This document shows, piece by piece, positions 53,317 to 64,000 of a stretch of 64,000 nucleotides of DNA. Location: assembly GCF_963921235.1 (NCBI RefSeq), contig NC_086108.1:49912001-49976000 (forward strand), read 5' to 3'. The notes beneath the pieces were generated by a model. It saw only the letters and a program-made list of their open reading frames with translations. It was not told where the DNA came from and made no database searches. The first letter of the stretch is position 1, and each line of letters starts with the position of its first letter. A program made the translations under genes and the position numbers. Origin of the DNA: Mobula hypostoma. Lineage: Eukaryota.

Positions 53317-54069
53317 CAGCAGGCGGCGTGGCACGGCAGCAAGGGCCTTTCAGACCTGGTGCTACTTTAATTTAGTTTTAAGGCACAATTAGGGTTTACG
53401 GCAATGGATAACAGAGCGACTACCTACCATCACCAGATACTGCTACAATACAGAGATCGCCCAAAAGCAAACCTTCATGAAGATCTGCTGGTTAAATTGC
53501 GCGACCTCGGCTTGCTGAGGGAATCAGGCCTACAGTCCTCGGAGTCACCTGATGCCGGTGGCCGGAGGTGGGGACGTCGTAAGCGGTGTGTGAGGAAGCG
53601 GAAGCAAGGCCAGTGGGCAGGAGTCCGTGCCGGGAGGAAAGCAAGCCCTAGCCGACCGGCTCTCCCGTCCATTCTGCTCTCCATTGGACATTAAATTGGA
53701 CTACATCCGACTCCAACGAAATACTCGGCGGAAGTACAGAAACGGACGGAATCCTGGATGCCGCCATTCAGCTGTTTATTTACATAACAGTTTTTTCCCC
53801 AAGCCATTGGACTACCAACCTGCTGCCCTCCGCTGTACCTATTGTCTTGTTTATTATTTATTGTAATGCCTGCACTGTTTTGTGCACTTTATGCAGTCCT
53901 GGGTAGGTCTGTAGTCTAGTGTAGTTTTTGTGTTGTTTTACGTAGTTCAGTGTAGTTTTTGTATTGTTTCATGTAGCACCATGGTCCTGAAAAATGTTGT
54001 CTCATTTTTACTGTGTACTGTACCAACAGTTATGATTGAAATGACAATAAAAAGTGACTTGACTTGACT
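53317..54069 (+). mobile_element. Internally deleted Rex1/Babar-like LINE derivative
   Basis: N-terminal [36 protein letters not shown] joined almost directly to C-terminal LHNSFFPK, 3' UTR, aataaa and (gactt)n tail. Confidence 0.75.
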
Positions 54070-54214
54070 GTGTCACTCTCATCGTTGTCAGATTTTACAT
54101 CAACAGCATGTACATGAATGCTCTTTTTGAAATGGCAATTTGACTTCTTAGCTTTTTCTCTTTCTGCAGTCGATTTATTTTTGTCTGCCCAACATGCTTT
54201 TTGTATGTGCCTTA

Positions 54215-55020
54215 CTTTTCAAAGGTTTCAAAGATACATTTGGTGTCAGAGAAATGTATACAATATACATCCTGAAATGCTTTTTCTTTGCAATCATCCA
54301 TGAAAACAGAGGAGTGCCCCAAAGAACGACGACAGTTAAATATTAAAACCCCAAAGTACCCCCCCAGCTCCCCTCCCTCCCGCACGTAAGTGGCAGCAAG
54401 CAACGACCCCTCCCTCCCCCAACAGCAAAAAAAAAGCATCGGCACCCCCCACCGAGCACTCAAGTGTGCAGCAAAGACATAGACTTGCAGTACTCCAAAG
54501 ACTACGCATTCACCCAATATTCGAAATACCACAAGTTCTCTCTCTCTCTAATAAGGGAGAAAGAGATGTCTTCATTTCACAGCGAGAGGAGAGACCTAAC
54601 AAACAACTCGCTGGTTTACAATATTAAAAGTCCTTTGCATCGCTTTTTCCGAGCTCTGTGCCCAAAGATCTCAGGTCTCTGGGCACATAGCCAAAGATCT
54701 TCCAGCTCCCACGACACACTGTTCCAGGATACCAACCTTCGATCTGCCTGTCTCCAGAGCTCTGAGATCCAAGGATTCCAAAGGCAAGCTGAAATCTGTG
54801 CCCTTGGCATGTCGGATAACGGCCAGTCGTGACACCCTGAGAGCGGGTCCCATTCCCACAAAGAACCAAAGTCAGTGTGTAACTCCAGATCAGGATCTTC
54901 AAAGGAACCCTGAAAGGGAAAAATAGAGATATTAAAGATGGAAATAGAACTGTTTCCGAAGATGCAAGCAAAGGAGTGGCTGTTTAGCGCCATCTTGACT
55001 AAGCTCCGCCCTCTGCGCTT
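54215..55020 (-). mobile_element. Non-autonomous non-LTR retroposon inserted in the Gypsy gag region
   Basis: 5' end gggcggagcttagtcaagatggcg on minus, short repeated tttgaaa tail; Gypsy sequence resumes on both sides. Confidence 0.6.
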
Positions 55021-58000
55021 CTGCAAGTTTCACCTTTAAATCTGCATTTATTTAGTGTATCTGAGTCCCTGCTAGAACATTTACACAATTTGTTTGGCCA
55101 GGCTTGTTTCTGTTTAGATGATACAATTTTGTTCACACTTACTTTCATTCCTGATAGCAACTTAATTGCATCTCTGTCTGCGGTTTCTATTGAAATGGCA
55201 ATTTTGACTGCCCTTTTAAATGTAAGTTGCACTTCAGTTAGGAACCATTTTTAAATGCTTTCTTTTAAGATTCCACAAGCTAATTGATTTCTCAGTGCAT
55301 CACTAAGCCCATAACCAAATTGACAATGCTCAGACAATCTCTTCAATTTAGCCGCATACACTGCAATGGACTCCCCTTCCTTTTGATTCCAGTTATGAAA
55401 CCTAAAGCATTTTGCAATCAACGCTGGCTTTGGTTCTAATTGTTCTAGTATTACTTTTACAATAGCAGCAAAGCTCATTTCCAGTGGTTTGGTTGGAGGA
55501 GTCAAACTTCAAAGCAAACTGTATTCCTTTAAACTCAATGCACTCAGCAAAATTGGTACTCACTTCTCACTGGCTATTTCATTTGCTTCAAAATACTGTT
55601 CCAATAGCTCAGTATACATGAGCTAGTTACCCATTATGTAATCAAACTCATCAATCTTTCCAATATAGCCAGCTATTTCTGTTTTTTTTTAAATGATTAG
55701 TATCACCTGGGATTCACTCTTTATGGCCTCTGAATTCTTCCGTTAATGGTTTTTTAAAATCCCAATTGTGTCTTCCCTTTCAAAGAACGTGTGCTGCTCT
55801 GTTTCGACATTGCTCTTGTTGCATCTTGTTTTATTTTGAATGTCTCACTCTGTCTTAACAAGTCGGTAGCCATATTAGGTTCATTTTAAAAATACCTTGT
55901 CACCAATGTTATGTTTTATAACTTCAAAAGATTAAACCTATTCAAAGAAAGTAATGGGAGTTTGAAAATACAGGTGTGACTTTGTTTTTACTTTAAGCAA
56001 GGTGCACATGTATCACGTGGTAGTGTGATGATGTATGCAATTAACGTATTTTTACATACAATCCATAATTAATTATTTAAACAAGCAAGAATGCTTAATC
56101 AAACAATATATATACACAAGGTTACTCAAATATTATTGAAATATTAAATACACAACACTAGCAAAAACCAACATGTTAAAGGTAATGTTTTATATAGAGC
56201 AAAATAAAGTTAATAACATATGCAATAGATAAGAAGTAGCAGAAGCTAAGAGATCATAATCATTAAAAGGAGGAAATAGATACATTTTTGTTCATTTAAA
56301 ATCTACAAATCTTTGAAAGAACATATGTACATATATAGTAAATTAATCAAGCTGAAAGGTTCTTCATAATGAACGAAAATAATAAAAATGTATTTGTTTG
56401 CATTAAAAGCACAAGTGCACCTCATTCAACTGTTCACAATAATTTCAGTATTTTTTAACAGTGAAAATAGTGTGTATAGTGTGTATAATGTGAATTTCAT
56501 GCTTTTAACACTACTGAAACTACATCAGCACATACTTTGAAGCAACAGAATGTCACTGGCAACACCTTTGATAAGGAACTGCATGCCTGCATATTACAGA
56601 AGATACATCTTCAAGTAATATGTTTTGTTAATAAAAATACAAATACACAATACTGGGCCTTCATCTATAGTCATTTGCTGTATCTGACAAGTCATTCATT
56701 TGCTTACAATATTTACCTTGTTACAATTTTTCTCTCTCAGATATTCCTGAAGTGAAAACTGACGAGTTGAAACAGAAAGTTCAGTTTCTCACAGTTCGGA
56801 ATTTGCAATCTCCATTCTCGTAGCCTCTTCATTATTAATACTGCAAATGCCAGGCCATACTTTTGAACTATTCTAAATTGTGTACAAGACCCTCAAAACA
56901 AATTTTGTTAGCAGTAATTGGACCTCCTAATGAAAAATTAATTATTGTTCCAATTTGTGCAGTTGCACACAATAAGATAAATAATGTAACCTTCTCACCA
57001 TAGGCTTATAATGAGTTAGTTGTTACTGTGAATACAAACTACAACAACATTACTCTACAATACATGGTAATAATGACGAAAGGGCCATTACTAGTAAATA
57101 AATGGGTCCAGAATGGATACGATTCGGGTAAATGCAAAAACTTAAAGTTTGTATGTTTCTTCTAAGGGAAAAATAAGACAAATCTTGTATGAATACTGTG
57201 ACACTAATGCAAATTTACTGTTCGCCAGGAGGCAATAATTTAGCTCACAACAGTATAAACTTAAATTGAAAATTGTATTAACAAAATATTTTAAGTTATA
57301 ACAAACAAAATAAAGAAAAGGACCCATCACTTATATATCTGTCTACATTACGCACATAATCGTTGGCGATCATTGTCGTGTAATCAGTCCAGTTTGCTTC
57401 ACTTCGTTTACGCACAGTATCCAAACAATTCTGCACTGAAATCTCAGTCCAAGCAAAACATAAATAAATATCCATCAATGTCCAAGGAAAAGGCATTGAA
57501 CTTTCTCCAATGGCATGTGCCAGCTGCTAATAGAAAGTCATCTGCACATTATCCGTGAAATCATTGTCTGTATGTGGATTTTCTGACAACGGTATCTGTC
57601 CATCCAGATTTGTTTCTGTGAAGGTTTCACCATGTTCTCTGCTATTTCATTGTCCATTTCCATTCTTTCTCCTTCCTTCTACAAAACCTCTTTGATCCCG
57701 TGCTGTGTGTAGAAAGAAATGGCTACTCCCTTCTTTTCCCATGCTCTCTATAAAAACATGGCTACTCCTGTTCAGCATTTCTTTCTCCAGGGCATCTTAT
57801 TAGCCAAAGTGTTAACAAGACAAATCCTACTGGATAAATCAAGCCTAACATTAATCAACCAAATTAACATTTTAAACAGCAAAATGAAATAACTGATTTA
57901 AACTGTATGTAAAGGATCACTTCTTTTATATAGAGATTACATTTTGAGGAGATCTGCAAAAAAATTAAATGCCCAACAGCATAACTGTATAATAAAATAA

Positions 58001-58339
58001 AGCACAGTCTTAAACCAGGGTACTACAAGTAAATCTTGCTGAAAGTTCTAGAATAACCGAAATAAAGATCCTGCAAGATCAATGTCCAATCATGTAAAAA
58101 TGGGTTTGAATCTTGCTGGAATTAATTTTATAAATTGACTCCTTTCTTTTTTGGCCTTCCATTCATCCAGCTGGGCTTTGGTCTTTGTATTTACTTTTAC
58201 AAGCAGCTTTTTGACTCCCACTTGAAGTTCATGCAATAACCTTAATGTATGCAGAGTAGATTCTTGTTCTTAATACTCACAAAAACCAACTTTTCTGAAA
58301 CCCTTTGAACTCTCTTCCAGCTTAAAACCAAGCACGTTT

Positions 58340-61300
58340 CACAATAATGGCTGGATTAACATGTCAGAGTCTTTCTCAGATATGTTGCCTATGAAAACTG
58401 CTTTTTTCAACACTGTTTCAGACCACTGCTTTTGACATTTCCATATTTCCTCTGAGCAGCATGGTCCTTCCTTGCTCCAATATGCTGTCCAACCATAGGC
58501 ATGATGGTTGTCCTCTGTTGGGCCACAGTTGTTGGTGTTTGGCATGGAAACAGTTGTGGCATCATGCAGTACCTATCTTAATTAGCTTTCAGTTGGCTTC
58601 ATTGCAGTGGATGTGACATGCAAATTGTGGATGGTTCTCCAATCAAGTTGTAGTTGTCTCAGGCAATCCTGGCCCCATAAAGCTGTTTTTTTTTTTGTTT
58701 TTACCATATACAAGCTCAACGTGGCTTGTTGGTTGTTGTATTTCACTGTCATGGACATCATTCCCACAGGAGTTCTATTTCTCCACGATAAGTTCTTAGT
58801 TAAATGTCTGCAGTCTTCAGTTTAGTACCTTCAAAATGCCTTTCAAACTTATTTTGTGGCATGAACATCAACAACATGCAGATTAGTGCTCTTGTTGAAA
58901 CTGCATCTTGACATTTCAGCATTTTCGCTTCCCTCTGCTGACTATTTTCTGCAAGTTTCTCCTTTAAATCTGCATTTGCTTGGTGTATGTGAGTCCCTGT
59001 CACATCAGTAACACAATTTGTTCAGCCAGGCTGGTTTCATAGAACATGTAGAACATAGAACATAGAACAGTACAGCACAGTACAGGCCCTTCAGCCCACA
59101 ATGTTGTGCCGACCCTCAAACCCTGCCTCCCATATAAGCCCCCACCTTAAATTCCTCCATATACCTGTCAAGTAGTTTCTTAAACCTCACTAGTGCATCT
59201 GCCTCCACCACTGACTCAGACAGTGCATTCCACGCACCAACCACTCTCTGAGTAAAAAAACCTTCCTCTAATATCCCCCTTGAACTTCCCACCCCTTACC
59301 TTAAAGCCATGTCCTCTTGTATTGAGCAGTGGTGCCCTGGGGAAGAGGTGGTGGCTATCCACTCTATCTATTCCTCTTATTACCTTGTACACCTCTATCA
59401 TGTCTCCTCTCATCCTCCTTCTCTCCAAAGAGTAAAGCCCTAGTTCCCTTAATCTCTGATCATAATGCATACTCTCTAAACCAGGCAGCATCCTGGTAAA
59501 TCTCCTCTGTACCCTTTTCAATGCTTCCACAACCTTCCTATAGTGAGGCAACCAGAAGTGGACACAGTACTCCAAGTGTGGCCTAACCAGAGTTTTATAG
59601 AGCTGCATCATTACCTCATGACTCTTAAATTCTATACCTCGGCTTATGAAAGCTAACACCCCATAAGCTTTCTTAAATACACCTGTGAGGCAACTTTCAG
59701 GGATCTGTGGACATGTACCCCCAGATCCCTCTGCTCCTCCACACTACCAAGTATCCTGCCATTTACTTTGTACTCTGCCTTGGAGTTTGTACTTCCAAAA
59801 TGTACCACCTCACACTTCGCCGGGTCGAACTCCATCTCCCACTTCTCAGCCCACTACTGCATCCTATCAATGTCTCTCTGCAATCTTTGACAATCCTCTA
59901 CACTATCTACAACACCACCAACCTTTGTGTCGTCTGCAAACTTGCCAACCCACCCTTCTACCCCCACATCCAGGTCGTTAATAAAAATTACGAAAAGTAG
60001 AGGTCCCAGAACAGATCCTTGTGGGACACCACTAGTCACAATCCTCCAATCTGAATGTACTCCCTCCACCACGACGCTCTGCCTTCTGCAGGCAAGCCAA
60101 TTCTGAATCCACCTGGCCAAACTTCCCTGGATCCCATGCCTTCTGACTTTCTGAATAAGCCTACCATGTGGAACCTTGTCAAATGCCTTACTAAAATCCA
60201 TATGGATCACATCCACTGCATACCCTCATCTATATGCCTGGTCACCTCCTCAAAGAAATCTATCAGGCTTGTTAGACATGATCTGCCCTTCACAAAGCCA
60301 TGCTGACTGTCCCTGATCAGACCATGATTCTCTAAATGCCCAGAGATCCTATCTCCAAGAATCTTTTCCAACAGCTTTCCCACCACAGATGTAAGGCTCA
60401 CTGGTCTATAATTACCTGGACTATCCCTACTACCTTTTTTGAACAAGGGGACAACATTTGCCTCCCTCCAATCCTCCGGTACCATTCCCGTGGACAACGA
60501 GGACATAAAGATCCTAGCCAGAGGCTCAGCAATCTCTTCCCTCGCCTCGTGGAGCAGCCTGTGGAATATTCTGTCAGGCCCCAGGGACTTATCCGTCCTA
60601 ATGTATTTTAACAATTCCAACACCTCCTCTCCCTTAATATCAACATGCTCCAGAACATCAACCTCACTCATATTGTTCTCACCATCATCAAGTTCCCTCT
60701 CATTGGTGAATACCAAAGAGAAGTATTCATTGAGGACCTCTCTCACTTCCACAGCCTCCAGGCACATCTTCCCACCTTTATCTCTAATCGGTCCTACCTT
60801 CACTCTTGTCATCCTTTATTCTTCACAAAATTGAAGAATGCCTTGGGGTTTTCCTTTACCCTACTCACTAAGGCCTTCTCATGCTCCCTTCTTGCTCTTC
60901 TCAGCCCCTTCTTAAGCTCCTTTCTTGCTTCCCTATGTTCCTCAATAGACCCATCTGATCCCTGCTTCGTAAACCTCATTTATGCTGCCTTCTACCACCT
61001 GACTAGATTTTCCACCTCACTTGTCACCCATGGTTCCTTCACCCTACCATTCTTTATCTTCCTCACTGGGACAAATGTAACCCTAACATCCTGCAAGAGA
61101 TCTCTAAACATCAACCACATGTCCATAGTACGATTCCCTACAAAAACATCATCCCAATTCACACCCGCAAGTTCTAGCCTTTTAGCCTCTTTATTTGCCC
61201 TTCCCCAATTAAAAATTTTCCTGTCCTGTCTGTTTCTATCCTTTTCCACGATAATGCTAAAGGCCAGGGAGCGGTGGTCACTGTCCCCCAGATGCTCACC

Positions 61301-63884
61301 CACTGAGAGATCTCTGACCTGACCCGGTTCATTACCTAGTACTAGATCTAGTATGGCATTCCCCTAGTCGGCCTGTCCACACACTGTGACAGGAATCCGT
61401 CCTGGACACACTTAACAAACTCTGCCCCATCTAAACTCTTGGAACTAATCAGGTGCCAATCAATATTGGGGAAGTTAAAGTCACCCATGATAACAACGCT
61501 GTTATTTTTGCACCTTTCCAAAATCTGCCTCCCAATCTGCTCCTCTGTATCTCTGGGCCTATAGAATACCCCCAATAGAGTAACTGCTCCCTTCCTGTTC
61601 CTGACTTCCACCCATACTGACTCAAAAGAGGATCCTGCTATATTACCCACCCTTTCTGTAGCTGTAATAGTATCCCTGACCAGTAATGCCACCCCTCCTC
61701 CCCTTTTTCCGCCCTCTCTATCCCTTTTAAAGCACTGAAATCCAGGAATATTGAGAATCCATTCCTGCCCTGGTGCCAGCCAAGTCTCTGTAATGGTCAC
61801 TACATCATAATTCCATGTAAGTATCCAAGCTCTCAGTTCATCACCTTTGCTCCTGATGCTTCTTGCATTGAGGTACACACATTTCAGCCCTTCTACCTTC
61901 CTGTCTTTACACCGTTTATTCTGCTTCTCTTTCCTCAAACCCTCTCTATATGTTAGATCTGGCTTTACTCCATGCATTTCTTTCACTGCTCTATCGCTCT
62001 GGGTCCCATCCCCCTCGCGAATTAGTTTAAACCCTCCCGAACCATGCCAGCGAACCTAACTGCAAGGATATTGCTCCCCCTTGAGTTCAGGTGCAACCCA
62101 TCCAATCTGTACAGGTCCCATCTTCCCCAGAAAAGATCCCAATGATCCAAAAACCTAAAACCCCGCTCCCTGCACCAACTCCTCAGCCATGCATTCAACT
62201 GCCATCTCCTCCAATTCTTACCATCACTGTCACGTAGCACTGGCAGCAATCCTGAGAACGCCACCCTTGAGGTCTTGTTCTTCAGCCTTCTGCCTAATTC
62301 CCAAAACTAACACTTCAGGACCTCATTCCTCTTCCTGCCTATGTTGTTGGTCCCAACATGCATCACGACTTCTGGTTGCTTTCCCTCTCATACCAGGATG
62401 TCGTGCACCCGGTCAGAGACATCCCGGACCCTGGCACCCGAGAGGCAATAAACCATGCGGGTGTCCTTCTCATGTCCACAAAATCTCCTGTCTGCTCCCC
62501 TGACTATAGAGTCTCCAATGACGACAGCTCTTCTCTTCCCCATCCCACGCTTCTGCACCACCAGGTCAGACTCAATGCCGGAGACCCTGCCACCGTGGCT
62601 CACACCTGGTCGGTCGTCCCCGCCAATAGTATCCAGGACGGTAAATTTATTATTCGGGGGAATGGCTACAGGGGTGCTCTGCACTACCTGATTGCTCACC
62701 TTCGCTTTCTCCCCTCTGACTGTCACCCAACGACCTGCTTCCGACAGCCTAGGTGTGACTACCTCCCTGTAGCTCTCATCTATGACTGCCTCATTCTCCC
62801 TCATGAGTCCAAGGTCATCCAGGTGCTGCTCCAGATTCCTTACACGGTCTTCCAGATCTCCCAGCCATATGTACTTCTGGCAGATGTGACTCTGCGGGAG
62901 AGGGGCGTTCCCCCAAGACTGCCACATCTCACATGAGAGGCACATCACCATCTCAGGAGGCATTGTAAAGACTAACTGCGAGCAAGCTTGTCCTCCGCCT
63001 CTTCTCATCATAGCCTCAAATTTCCACTCCTTCACTGGCTGCTTTCCACAGGCTGCTTCGCTTGAGCAATTTTTTCAGGCTCACTTTAATTTCTGACTGC
63101 ATCTCAATTGCATCCCTGTCTGCAATTTCCATTGAAACAGTGATTTCCACTGCTCTTTGAAATAGTTAGGGGTTTTGGGTCTAAGTGTTCCTGCATTACT
63201 TTTACAATAGCAGCAAAGCTCATTTCTGATGATTTGGTTGGGACATACAGTTGAAACAAACTGCATGCCTTTAACCCTAATGCACTCGCTTCTCACTGGT
63301 TATTTCATTTGCTGTTCTAACTGCGCAGTATATGTGAGCCAATTGCCAGTTGTATAATCAAACTTGGCAATCTTTCCAATGTATCCAGCCATTTCTGATT
63401 TGTTTTAATGATTAGTTTCATGCAGTACTTACAGTTTATGAACCCTGAATTCTTTTATTTACTGCTTTAAAAAAAACTTGATTGTGTCTTCCCTTCTGAA
63501 GAACATGTGTTGGCTGTTTTTATTTTAAACTTGACCACCTGTCCATGTGCTGGGGTGACTTATTTACTCACCGATGCTCATACTGCGTTTTATTTTATTT
63601 CGAACGTTTTGCTGCGTTTGACAGGTCGGTAGCCATCTCAGGTTCATTTTAAAAAACCTCATCACCAATGCTGTTTTGTAACTTCCAAGCATTAAATTAG
63701 TTCAAAGGAAGACCAGAGAATTCAGGAATACGGGTCTAGCTTGAGTTTACTTTAAGCAAGATGTGCATGATGACAATTAACAAATTTACATATAATCCTA
63801 ATTAACTACTTAAATAACAAGAAGGCTTAATCAAACAATATACTGTACATACAAGAGCACTCAAATATTATTGAAATATTAAAT
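58340..63884 (-). mobile_element. Second copy of the gag-protease-only Gypsy derivative (LTR 63669-63884), split by a CR1
   Basis: VKYNNQQATLSLYMVKT and QLQLDWRTIHNLH match 52675-53088; 63060-63884 matches 55130-56157. Confidence 0.85.
59038..63040 (-). mobile_element. Near full-length CR1 LINE with ORF1 (zinc finger, coiled coil, SGNH esterase) and ORF2 (APE-RT), disrupted
   Basis: ORF1 CLSCEMW, VIGDSIVRG, DGLHLN (62963-62022); ORF2 [46 protein letters not shown]; (catagaa)n tail at 59038-59068. Confidence 0.95.
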
Positions 63885-64000
63885 GCTGCCTTCGACTTCC
63901 CTTGTCCTCAGTGCCTGCCTTAACCTTTCTTTAGAATTACACTTCTTTGGGATGAACTGATCCTGCTTCTTTAGAATTACTCCCAGAAACTCCAGCCATT
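63885..64000 (-). mobile_element. CR1-like fragment truncating the LTR
   Basis: cttcccttgtc...cttctttgggatgaactgatcctgc...attactcccagaaactccagccatt resembles CR1 ORF2 linker; runs off the window. Confidence 0.5.

Larger units (their letters stand above)
52640..56157 (-). mobile_element. Gypsy-derived gag-protease-only element with single LTR (55907-56157) and two nested insertions
   Basis: LIAKCFRFHNWNQKEGESI (gag), MELCTGSAVSL (protease), PBS tggtgacaagg, LTR tgtt...caaca; left boundary uncertain. Confidence 0.85.

Noticed and set aside
53317..53770. Second CpG island or promoter of a neighbouring gene such as SMG7
   Set aside because: The CpG-rich stretch is the 5' part of a young LINE derivative; no SMG7-like exon seen

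Overview
Eukaryotic, repeat-rich vertebrate DNA. The TE families (CR1 with esterase ORF1, Rex1/Babar-like LINEs, GIY-YIG Penelope-like elements, Gypsy, Tc1, hAT) suggest a cartilaginous fish, probably a ray (inference). The only host gene I can support is NMNAT2: coding exon 1 (12417-12501, minus strand, [28 protein letters not shown]), with intron 1 running off the left end, a CpG-retaining promoter region and a non-canonical RE1/NRSE-like site. About 5.2 kb upstream lies a ~24.6 kb tandem array of a 36-bp unit (17660-42282, with a 200-N gap). Its last unit reads in frame into the reverse transcriptase of a 5'-truncated Penelope-like element that ends in a minimal hammerhead-ribozyme motif, so the satellite appears to be amplified retroelement coding sequence. 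The array has a variant-unit code and kb-scale higher-order repeats. The rest is nested, decayed TEs, including a complete Gypsy with LTRs, PBS, PPT and TSD, two gag-pro-only LTR derivatives and a near full-length CR1. TE family names come from recalled motifs, not database searches, and TE boundaries are approximate unless termini are quoted.
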